The position numbers and the translations under genes are program-made. From NCBI GenBank assembly GCA_035221665.1, contig CM069154.1, positions 5,952,001 through 6,016,000 of the forward strand: DNA of 64,000 nucleotides. The letters are read 5' to 3'. The notes beneath the pieces are model-generated. The model was not told the DNA's origin. It saw only the letters and a list, made by a program, of their open reading frames with translations, and did no database searches. Numbering within the stretch: position 1 is the first letter of the stretch; each line of letters starts with the position of its first letter. Source of the stretch: Okamejei kenojei (taxonomy: Eukaryota). This document shows, piece after piece, positions 12,262 to 24,100 of this stretch.

Positions 12262-13495
12262 AAGCAAGCATATTTATTTATATAGCACATTTCAGCAACA
12301 AGGCAATTCAAAGTGCTTTACACAAAGCATTAAAAAGTAACCTAAACAATTAAAATGTAATTAAAGAGCATAGAAAATAAAAACAAGCTAAAATAAAATA
12401 AGGCGTATAAAATACAAGAATAAAAATTACAGCGCAGTATTAAAAATAAATTATTATTTTATTGAATTAAAAGTAATTAAATGCAACGTCAAATAGAAAA
12501 GTCTTCAGCCCTGATTAAAAAAGCTGAGAGTTGGAGCAGACCAGCATTTTTCAGGAAGTTTGTTCCACTAAACGCTGCTTCACACTTCTGGCACAGTTTG
12601 TTCACACTAAACGCTGCTTCTCCATGTTTAGCTCTGACTCTGGGGACAGAAAGCAGACCTGTCCCTGACGACCTCAGAGGTCTGGATGGTTCATAATGTA
12701 GCAGAAGATCAGACATGTCTTTTGGCCCTAGACCATTCAGTGCTTTATAAACCAAGTAATATTTTGAAATTAATTCTATGACAGAATGGAAGCCAGTGTA
12801 AAGACCTCAAAACTGGAGTGATGTAATCCACTTTCTTGGTCTTAGAGAGGACACGAGCAGCAGCGTTCTGAATCAGCTGCAGCTGTCCAGGCGATTCTTT
12901 AGGGAGACCTGTGAGGACAGCATTACAGTAGTCAAGTCTACTGAAGATAAATGCATGGGTACGTTTTTCCAAATTCTGCTGAACCATAAGTCCTTTAACC
13001 TTTGATATATTCTTAAGGTGATAGTAGGCCGACATATTAATTGCCTTAAAGTGGCTGTTGAAATTCAAATCTGAGTCCATGATTACACCAAGAGTTCTGG
13101 CTTTCTCCGTGGTTTTTAACATTGCCGATTGAAGTTGAGCACTGACTTTCAATCGTTCCTCTTTGGCTCCAAAAACAACTACCTCAGTTTTGTCTTTGTT
13201 TAATTGAAAAAAGGTTTTGGCACATCCAGTCGTTGATTTGTTCGATGCACCTACTCGGTATTCGGATTGCTCCATGGTCCCCTGGTGACATGGTTCTGTA
13301 CTCCGCATGTCATATTTGTCCGCTCTGAGTGTAATTACCTATAGACACAAAGTAGTCCCTGATCTTTAAGTAGGATTCAAACCTGTTTAGTACTGTGCCA
13401 GAAAGTCCAACCCAGTTTTCCAATCGGTCCAGTAATATGGTGTGGTCGACCGTGGCAAATGCAGCACTGATATCCAGTAATACTAATACTGAAAC
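12262..13495 (-). mobile_element. L2-clade LINE fragment inserted into a SINE
   Basis: QLNKDKTEVVVFG..FSRLDYCNA..LQLIQNAAARVL..ITPVLRSLHWLP; SINE halves at 12170-12260 and 13500-13730. Confidence 0.85.
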
Positions 13496-13944
13496 GTTGC
13501 CACCCTACACACACTGGGGACAACTTATATTTATAGCAAGCCAATTAACCTACGTACCTGTACGTCTTTGGAGTGTGGGAGGAAACCGAAGATCTCGAAG
13601 AAAATCCACGCGGTCATGGGGAGAACATACAAACTCCGTACAGACAACTCCAGTAGTCTAGATCGAACCCGGGTCTCCGGGGCTTCAAGCGCTGTAAGGC
13701 AGCAACTCTACCGTTGCTCCACCATGGCCATTATTTATAGTCATTTAACGCCTTTGGACGGTGGACAAAATGAATAACTTGTTGCAGCATTAAAATGTTT
13801 ATCAATATTACGGTACTCAAAAGACGCGAAAGTGGGATGCTATAGAACCAGTGTGAAAGGGTTAATTGCTGATTGAAATGGACTCGGTGGGCCAAATGGT
13901 CTGTATCCATGCTGTATCTTTCAATCACTTAATCAAAAAAAATA

Positions 13945-14640
13945 GTTTTACAAAATGCTGGAGTAACTCAGCGGGACAGGCATCATCCCTGGATGAAAGA
14001 AATAGGTGACGTTTCTGGTCAAGACCGTTCTTCAGACTGAAATCAGGGGAGAGGGGATACTTGGAATCGGATCCGTGGTTTGTAAATGGGACAAAGGGGA
14101 TGGCGATGAAGGAAAATGCAGAATAGATCATTGTTAGTTGGGAGAAGGTAACAACGAAGCAATTAAAGATAAAATGTAGTCGGAGACTGTGAGACTGCTC
14201 GGGGAACTGGGAAGGAAGGGGGGGGGGGGGGTGTGGAATGAGATGGAATGCAAGGATTACTTGGAGTGAGAAGTCCATTTTCACACCGCGGGGGTGTGAG
14301 AGCTGCCCAAGCAAAATATGACGTGCTCTTCCTCCAATCTGCGCGGGAACTCAATCTGACAATGGAGGATGCCCAGGGCAGAAATGTCAGTGGGACTGGG
14401 AGGGGCAGTTAAAGTGTTTAGCGACTGAGATATCAGTTGGGGGTGGACTGAGTGGAGGTGTTCAGCGAAACGATCGCCGAGAAGCGAGAACAAGCGCAGG
14501 CTCGGCGATCGTTTCGCTGAACGCCGCTGCTCAGTCTGCATACCCCTACCTGATCTATCCACAGATGCCGCCTGTCACCTGTTACCCCAGCAATGTATGT
14601 CTATCTTCAGTTTAAACCAGCATCTGCAGTTCCTTCCTAC
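13945..14640. mobile_element. Fold-back Penelope derivative with hammerhead-like motif at 14008-14035 (-)
   Basis: Inverted pLTR ends; perfect 22-bp inverted repeat at 14460-14481/14501-14522. Confidence 0.7.
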
Positions 14641-14915
14641 CTAAATATTAGTTGCATATCGGAAATGGAATCTGCAGATGATGGATGTGCAAAGCGCGTC
14701 AGCCAGCATCTGTTGACAGAAAAATAGGGCTAATAGTCAGAACAATGTTGATGCATAATTTTGTTCTGATGGGATAGCATGGCCTGAAAGATTAATTGAT
14801 TGCCTTTACTAAACGCCACTAACGTTCGGCAACAGGAGGATTATCCAGCAGTCTGATTGCAGTCTGTTGTGCATCACTAAAGTTGCAGTCTATACAAAAC
14901 AAATTAGACAAACCA

Positions 14916-14938
14916 TTTATTGACAACAATCATTTATT
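14916..14938 (-). terminator. Two AATAAA polyadenylation signals of receptor gene 2
   Basis: TTTATT at 14916-14921 and 14933-14938, about 200-230 nt past the predicted stop. Confidence 0.55.
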
Positions 14939-15142
14939 AAGAAGCATTATGTTGCATTATTATTCATAACCAGTGAAAAACCTTTTTTTTCCAGAAAGAT
15001 TGAAAGCATGTTAATATAGTTTACCAGAGTATTAGACTCTGGAGCAGCAAAACCCACGCAGAGGTTAAAACAATAGTTCGAAGCTGACAAAAGAATCCTT
15101 GGAAGAGGTGACAAAAATTAAGGTGGTGCAAGCTGGGTGTCT

Positions 15143-15190
15143 TCATTGTAATCCGTGGGTCGAGTGGCAAAGTTCTGATTCATCGCGTCT
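15143..15190 (-). CDS. Gene 2 terminal exon RRDESELCHSTHGLQ*
   Basis: cattatcttttgcag|AGA; phase 0; an alternative acceptor near 15301 cannot be excluded. Confidence 0.55.
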   Translation of the reverse strand, partial: RRDESELCHSTHGLQ

Positions 15191-18100
15191 CTGCAAAAGA
15201 TAATGTGAAGTCATCAGTCTCATTTGACCCGACCGCTCCCAACACAATGCTACCTGGAAGATGGACCCCAACGAATCCACACCGGGCACTGAAATCCACT
15301 CTGCACACGTGCAAACTGACAAAACCTCGTGATATCATCTGCATTGAGATTTGGTTTAACTTCAGGATATGAAAACATGCATGGTTTTTGTTTCTATCAA
15401 TGGACAGGGTATTTGAAAGCATTAATGGAAACCGTTTGGATACATTCGGCGATGAAAAGTGATTGCTTTGGTCAGGGGGTGTTGAATCCATGGATTTCAT
15501 TCCCACAGGAGGCTGTGGGGGCCAAGCGAATTCACACTGGAGATGCTGCCTGTCTCACTGAGCTACTCCAGCATTTTTGTATGTATCCAAATCAATTGAT
15601 ATTTTTAAGGGGGAGATTTTGATATTCTTGATAAATAAGGATGTCAATGGTTATGGGGAGAAGGCAGGAGAATGGGATCGAGAGGGAAGAATAGATCAGC
15701 CATGATTGGGGGCGGATTAGATATGATGGGCTGAATGGCCTAATTCTGCTCCTATCATTTATGACCACGATGACAATAAAACCTACCTTAGAGCCTCTTG
15801 TGAACACCGCGGTTGAGATACTCCAGATCACAAGCAGGAGAAAGAGCAGCCAGCGCCCCACTCTCCATGAGATGTAACTGGGCAGAGGGCAAGAGATACA
15901 GAATCAATGGGAGGAAATTAGACGGTTTATCTTTGAAGCATTTACCTGTATAGTTGCTTCATAATCTTGGTGGTGGAGCGGGGAGAAGCAGCAGAGTAAA
16001 TGGAGATCATCTTGGAGAAAGAAACGGGTGTTGGACGTGAGGGGGTTCGGGGGGGAGGGGTGGGGGGGGACACAACTTATGATCACCAATTATTGACCTC
16101 ATTGCTGGGGCATGGCTACAAGACTGAGTATGAGCGACTACGCAGTTAAATGGATTCGGAGAAGACCGAGAAATAACATGAGATGGAGCAGTGAATCAAG
16201 TGAATACAGAGTAGATAGACACAAAATGTTGGAGAAACAGCGGGAGAGGCAGTATCTCTGGAGAGAATGGAGGAAGATTGCAACCTTCACGTGGTCCGCC
16301 TTTTTTCAACTAGTGGAATCAACTCGACGTGCACAAATGGAAGATCAATTAGAACAAGTTGTCCAACAACTTTAGGCTGTGCACGCCACACAAAAGAAGA
16401 AGAAGACTGGGAATCACGGGAGAGGGAAAATGGGGATGTGGAAGGATATAAAGAACAGTGTAATACCCTAGAAGAATGAAAATCCAGCTGCAAGGAAGAA
16501 TATAATAAAATCCATATGGATAGACAGGAATAATAAAAATGGATCAATTCTAATGATAGAAGGGAGGTGGGGAATAAATATGGAAACGGATGAGGCCAAT
16601 TAATAAAATAAATTAAAAATGATAATGCATAATCTCACACTGGATACTTCTTGGATTAATGCGGTAGGTGTGTGCATGGAGGAAATGTGTTCGAAAAATC
16701 GGTTAAAGGTTCGCTCATAACGGCGTGGCTTTTATGAACATTCTTATTTCCTAACGCAAGCGTAACGCAAGAGTGTGATAGGAAGTCAGATCTATTTCAA
16801 TTGTAATAAGATAAATAACAAAGTGTTCTCACTTTCATGACTATATTATGATTGAATATTTAATGGTTTCAAGTTTCAACGAGTAAAATAGCTTCAGTTA
16901 ACTCATTTTGCTGTATTCGGCCTGATTCAAGACTAGTTTGTCACATTCTGCGCCAGCGATTTTATGATGTTTGACCCCATCAGTTGCAAGGTGTTGCCAC
17001 ACGTGATATCAAGGGGGGGTGTCTTCGCCCATAATTCACAATGCATTTTCCTATCAGCACCACACCAGAGCAAGTCACAGCAAAGCTAAACTGCAAGACT
17101 TGGGTTTGGCAACTATGTTCATCTCACAGCATGGGATGAGATTAGTGATGGAGGTCATGGTGAATACCATAGGGAGCACTCTCTAAAAAGCAGCAAATGG
17201 GGGAACATGTTCTTATCATCCAAGCATGTGCACACCACAATGAGATGTAAACCCAGTGTGATTCCCCTTCTGATGAGTTAACTAATAACTGGTTTGCACG
17301 TAATATTTATTTTATTAAAGAATATTTAAAAGATAAATTTATATTTGGTGTCAGGTTTGAAACATGTACAACAATTGATATGCTTCCTGCTATTTGGGTT
17401 AATTGGATCAAGGACCCGTAGAGAAATACAGTAGAGAAATAGGGCACACAAAAGGCTGGAGAAACTCAGCGGGTGCAGCAGCATCTAAGGAGCGAAGGAG
17501 ATAGGCGACGTTTCGGGTCGAGACCCTTCTTCAGACTGGTCAGGGATCAGGGAAACGAGAGATATAGACGGTGATGGGGAGAGATAAAGAACAATGAATG
17601 AAAGATATGCAAAAAAGTATCGATGATAAAGGGAACAAGCCATTGTAAGCTGTTTGTGGTGTGAAAATGAGAAGCTAGTGCGACTAGGGTGGGGGAGGGA
17701 GATAGAGAGAGAGGGAATGCCAGGGCCCGAGGGCTGAGGGAGAGGTGGGAAGGGGAGGAGACAGCAAGGGTTAACAGAATTGAGAAAATTCAATGTTCAA
17801 GCCCAGAGGATGCAGACTCCCCAAGCGGAATATGAGGTGCTGTTCTTCCAACTTGCGGAGTTGCTCACTCTGGCCGTGGAGGAGGCCCAGGACCGAGAGG
17901 TCGGATATGGAATGGGAGGGGGAGTTGAAGTGCTGAGCCACCGGGAGATCGGCTTGGTTATTGCGGACCGAGCGGAGGTGTTCGGCGAAACTATCGCCAA
18001 GCCTCCGCTTGGTCTGACCAAAATAGATCATCTGGCATCTGGAGCAGCGGATGCAGTAGATGAGGTTGGAGGAGGTGCAGGTGAACCTCTGTCGGACTTG

Positions 18101-21100
18101 GAAGGACTGCTTGGGTCCCTGAAAGGAGTGGAGGGGGGAGGTGAAGGGACAAGTGTAGCATTTCTTGCGGTTGCAAGGGAAAGTGCCCGGGGAAGGGGTA
18201 GAGCGGGAGGGAATGGAAGAATTGACAAGGGAGTTGCGGAGGGAGCGGTCTTTGCGGAAGGCAGACAGGGGGGGAGATGGGAAGATGTGGCGAGTGGAGG
18301 GGTCACGTTGGAGGTGGCGAAACTGGCGGAGGACTATGTGTTGTATTTGCCGGCTGGTGGGGTGAAAGGTGAGGGACCAGGGGGACTTTTCCCTGTTTGC
18401 GAGTGGGGGAATGGGGAGAGAGGGCAGTGTTGCGGGGTATGGAGGAGACCCTAGTACGAGCCTCATCAATAGTGGGGGTGGGGAATCCCCGTTCTCTGAA
18501 GAATGAGGCCATTTGTGATGACCTGGTGTGGAACACCTCATCCTGGGAGTAGATGCGGCGTAGACGGAGGAATTGGGAATAGGGGATGGAGTCCTTACAG
18601 GAAGCAGGGTGGGAGGAAGAGTAGTCCAGGTAGCTGTGGGAGTCAGTTGGTTTGTAGTGGAGTAGGTCAGGAGTGTATCACCTGCAATAGAGATGGTGAG
18701 GTCAAGGAATGATAGGGAAATGTTGGAAATGGTCCAAGTGTATTTGAGTGCTGGATGGAAGTTGGTGGTGAAATGGATGAAGTCAGTCAGTTGTGTGTGG
18801 GTGCAGGAGGTGACACCAAAGCAGTCGTCGATGTAACGGAGGTAGAGGTCGGGGATGGGGCCCTGGTATGCCGAGAACAAGGATTGTTCGACGTACCCAA
18901 CAAAGAGGCAAGCGTAGCTGGGGCCCATGCGTGTGCCCATAGCTACGCCTTGTGTTTGGAAATAGGGCATTTGGCCATTTCAGACAACTGCATTCACATG
19001 ATGGTACACAAAAAGCTGGAGAAACTCAGCGGGTGCAGCAGCATCTAAGGAGCGAAGGAGATAGGCGACGTTTCGGGTCGAGACCCTTCTTCAGACTGGG
19101 AAGTCTGCATTCACATGATTCCTGTGTCAATCCTATCTTTATTTTCCCTACTTTCTCATCAACTACCACTACCGTCCAACACCCACCCTCCCCCGCCCCA
19201 CCCATTCTTCACAGATTCAGCCGCTCTCCTGTACACACGGGCAGCTTACAACTGGCATGTGTTTGGGAGCTGGAAGGAAACTGGAGAATTTAAATGAAAC
19301 CAACACAATTAAAGGCTAATCATACAGACCACACATAGACAGCAGTACATGTCGTGGCGTTGTGAGGCTGTGGCTCGACAGGCTGTGCCACTGTGCCTCA
19401 GATCAATACTCTCACGCATTTAATGCTAGTGAAAGGAAGGCACAACTTTCTCCCAATTAAAGCATTCCCAATCAAAACTCCAGCAATGAGTACATTATAA
19501 CTTTAATTGGAAACAGAGTGGTTTACCTTGCAGAGTAATTGGATGTTATCGAATTTTCACAAGAATATTCATGACCTGTTGGAACAAGGAAATGGAAGTC
19601 AAGTTTCACTGCTTTTCACTTGCAGTTGAACAAGTAGGTATGATTTTCCGATGTAAGGAGTTGATAGGCTTAACAGACAGGGTAATGCTTCTTCCGTGTG
19701 ATTTGCAGCAAATGGGAGATGTTATCAAAACAAGCAGGCGTGCTGGTAAAAACTCTGGCGCCAGGTGTAGACGGCACGGTGGCGCAGCGGTAGAGTTGCT
19801 GCCTCACAGCGCCAGAGGCAAGGGTTCGATCCTGACTACGGATGCTGTCTGTACGGAATTTATACCTCCTGCTTGTGACCGCGTGGGTTTTCTCCAAGCA
19901 CTCCAGTTTCCCCGCATTCTGAAGTCGTGCAAGTTGGTTGGTTAATTGGCTTCTGTAAATTGTCCCCATTGAACTAGTGTACTGGTGATTACTGGATGTT
20001 GTGTACTCAGTGGGCCGAAGAGCCTGCTTCCACGATGCATCCATAAACTAATCAAAAGGGTGAAATTTCACTTGAGAGGAGTATTGCTTGGGACGGAACA
20101 TTACACTGATGGGGAGGGGCTGGATAGGGGTTTTATAAAATTCCATGCAGGACAAGTGAGGAAGGGGGAACCTATTACAGGTGTGCAAAACTGTGAGCAG
20201 CATAGATAGGGTATTTTTAGAACATATTTCATGACATGTTGTATTGATAGTACTGAATGGTCAATATTAACACAGTGGACCAAATCTAATACCATCGTCA
20301 AGGAGATAACTGTGGCCACATTTACAATAATATCTGATCCCTTCCCATATTTGAGTGATGGTCTTGTGGAGATGATGGGAAGTGAAAGTGCTTGGACTGA
20401 TGTCACTGCAAACCTAGTTTAAAGCTGTGTAAACATAAGAGGAAGTTCTAGCTGGGAAGTTGGCCTACACCAGCACTGGGAAATCTATTTCTGGAGCCCA
20501 GCAACCACATATTGACCAATGGGCAATAATTCCATCATTTTAATCTTGATGTTAATTAAATAACGTGCATGGGTTTCAGGGTGTTGGGGTTATGGGGAGA
20601 AGGCAGCAGAATGGGGTGAAGAGGGGAAGATAGATCAGCCATGATTGAATGGTTTATTTCTACTTCTATCACTTGTGATCCTATGAACCACCCCACCCCC
20701 ACTTCCCCTTCTTCTCCACATTGCCTCCACTACTTACCAGTGCCGTTGATTTTCACTAGGAAACTGCAGGACACGTCACTGCTGGAGATGGACACATTGA
20801 CCATTTCACTGGATTTTGATCCACGTTGATTTGCGGCTGTGCAATAATATTGATGGTGCTGGTGTTTGAATGATTGACAACGCAGCTCCAGGGCATTGAT
20901 GTCTGAGATCTTTGAATCTACAGATGGGGTATTTTCATACCAGGTGTAGCTAATGGGCAGTGATCCACTGACCGACTCACAGGACACTGTCACTGAGCCC
21001 CCGAGACAGGAGACATTGACTGGTGACACAAATTCAAGCACAGGAACAGACACAAGTTCTGTGGGAAAGGAGCAAACACTGGATGAACATCTGAAAAATT

Positions 21101-24100
21101 AAACTCGCCAATATCCACCATCTCTGTATCTTAGCCAGAGCCGCCAGGTTGGAATCTGAACCATCCATCTAATAGTTATACAGATTAGAAACAGGCCCTT
21201 CAGTCGAACCTGCCTGTGCTGACCAACACGACCAAACTACACTAGTTCCACCTGCCCTTTCTTGGCACTTAAACCACTAAACATATCTTATTCATGTACC
21301 TGTCCAAATATTTCTTAAATGTTGCGATAGCACCTGCCATAACAGGCCCGTATGGAGCTTTTCAAAAAGGGGGCTGGCATGTGAGGATTCCAAAAAATGT
21401 ATGTGAAATAATGTGCACGCAGTGCACATCACAAGCGGGAAGCCTCGCGTCCGGGTTCCAGGGCCCGCTTAAGGGCCCTGAAAGCTCTGGGGTTTTAGAT
21501 GCTCTCTGGTGCATTCTGAGCCTTATTTTGGAGCTTTGTTGCACCAAATGTATGACCAATATTTCGGAAATAATTTTGGTTGAGTCAAGAGTAATGAGTG
21601 GGTGGAATGGGATGATTGTGGTCATTGTTGTACACATTTTTTTTAAATTAAGAATTGTTGTCATTGTTTTAATAATCAAGTTGTACTGTTGTAAAATGTT
21701 ATGTAAAATGTTATAAAGAGCATGCAAAAACAGCAAAAAGAAAACTAAGTTTTTGCAGTAAAGAAAAACTTAAAAAAAAAAAAGTTTTGTGAGTTGATTT
21801 GATTGCCTGTTACTGTTAGACTGTGTTAGTGTGTGCAGTGCACCTTTAATGGTCCTCCTGACCTAACAACTTCACATCACATCAACCTCAACATGAAATT
21901 GTTCGTTTTCCGACAATGTAACTGTGCAAATCTACTCACCACTTTGTCCAAGTCATGTGCAAAGTCATAGTGAATGTGGATTAAGGCAATTGCAGACAGC
22001 CTGTTATTGCTCATGGAAGTCCTCGTCTTTCCTTCTTTGCGGATGTGAAACCCGTTGGCTGGATCAAAGTAAGATGCCAAGTGAGATCGCGCCCACTGCA
22101 GCCACATGAGCAGCACTCCAGGGAGAAACAGCAGCCTCGCCAGCAACACACCAGGGTGCACAAGGAACTACACCAGCAGCACCCCAGGAAGCACCAGTCG
22201 CCACAACAGCGCATCCCAGGGTGCACAAGTAACCACGCCAGCAGCATCCCAGGGTGCACAAGTAACCACGCCAGCAGCGCGCAGAGAGGCAGCAGCAGGT
22301 CGCCCCAAGGAGCCGCACAAGCGGCAGGTTGGTGAAGGCGGATTATGGCGCACTCTGACCTCAGCTGCCGGTTCTCCCGAGCCTGCTCGGGCTTGGACAG
22401 TTTCTTCAAAGACTGCGGACTCGAGCCTGAGGTGATCGAGAACATGGCCAGGGAGAAGTTTGCCGCCGACGCCGCCTTAGAAAGCCTTGCCCTCATGTTT
22501 CGCAGCGTGAAAGGCCTGTCTCACTTGGGTGACATTTTCAGCGACAGCCTGGAAAAAGGTTGTCGAGTCATGGTCGGGTTGTGACGCGGCCTGATGTGTG
22601 GTGACACATATAGTGATGCGCGGTGACTCCCTTTCACCTCTGGATTTTGGAACGCTCAAAATCCAGGGGCGACATCTGGGTGTCTCCTCACGTCGTGTGC
22701 CCTGTCATACGCTGACGTATGCTGCCCTGACAAACGGTTAGGGTTGGGGTTACGGACCACAGATGGGCTGTAAAATATTCTTCCTTCAATGCATGGATTT
22801 TAAACGTTAATATATTAAAATTAATACAATAAAATCAATTGTGCAATTGAAAAGATGTCTGTCCAGTTTTATTTACAGATGTATTGGTCAGCTTCCAGAT
22901 CCAATCACCCTCTCTAACTTTTCACAGGGATTGATTCAGCTAAGTCTCAGCTGCCCTTTATCTCAGGCCGAACCGTCCGGTTGATATCTCACGGGCTCAT
23001 CTATATCTCTATGAGTGTGCGAAGCCCAGAAACCAAAGAAGGTTAGAGTTATAGAGATCCGAAAAAGGCCCATCACAACAGCTCATTCATGCCGACCAAC
23101 ATGTCTTTCTAGGCCATTTACATATGTCCACGTTTCTCTTTTATCACTCGCAATGATCCCAATCTACGCAACTGTCCAAAATGTATTTTAAATGCTGTTA
23201 TTCTAACTGCCTCAACAACTTCCTCTGGCAGCAGGTTCCATATACATATCACCCAATGTGTGGAAAATGTCCCTCAGAACAGAAGTTGGGATGTTATGTT
23301 TCAGTTGTATATATGTTATTGAGGTCGAACTTGGGCGAATTGTGTTCAGCTTTGGGCGCTCATCTGTACAAAACATGCCATTGCAGTAAATGACACCTTA
23401 CTATTCCTCCCTCTTTAAATAGTTCCCATTGCGTCTGTCCTCCACTTTCTCATCCCACACATCGTGGGAAAGTGAGCATGCTTCTTGTGATTGATACATT
23501 TCTATGTTACTCGCTCAATCATTTCCACACCAAGGAATGAAGTCTGAGTTTGTCCAATCGCTCCCTGCGTCAATCACATCCTGTCTTGGAGCTGAGGGAC
23601 TAAAGCTGAACACAATTCCTAGAATGTGGACTCAACATCCGCACGTCTGCAGCATATTATGTCAAATTATGTTCTGAATGTTCTCACTGATGAAGACCAG
23701 CGTGCTAAAACCGCAATTCAATGCCTTGGAATTTAAAGGCGAAAATTAATTAGGATCCTTTTAAGATAGACACAAAATTCTCTCAGCGGAGCAGGCAGCA
23801 TCTCTCGAGAGAAGGAATGGGTGACATTTCGAGTCGTGACACTTCTTCAGCCTGAGAGTCATGAGAAAGGGAGACAGAAGAGAAATGGAAGGGTAAGGTG
23901 TGAAAACTATTGATCAAAAGTGAAAATGTAAAAATAAAATGTAGAATGGATCATTGTCAGCTTAAGGGAATGTGACAACGAACCCGCACTGGGTGAGAGC
24001 AACATAAGTAGGGTTTCCTGACCCCCGCCCGCTCCCCGCAGGTCACTGCACTGCTGCGGAGCCTCGGGATATCGGTGCTGCCCTGACCCTTCCCGGATCA

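Noticed and set aside
17780-18454. 224-aa plus-strand ORF
   Set aside because: Antisense shadow of the Penelope ORF
17444-19104. A single Penelope flanked by two pLTRs
   Set aside because: The upstream repeat has its own TSD and is missing from the paralog, so it is an independent insertion
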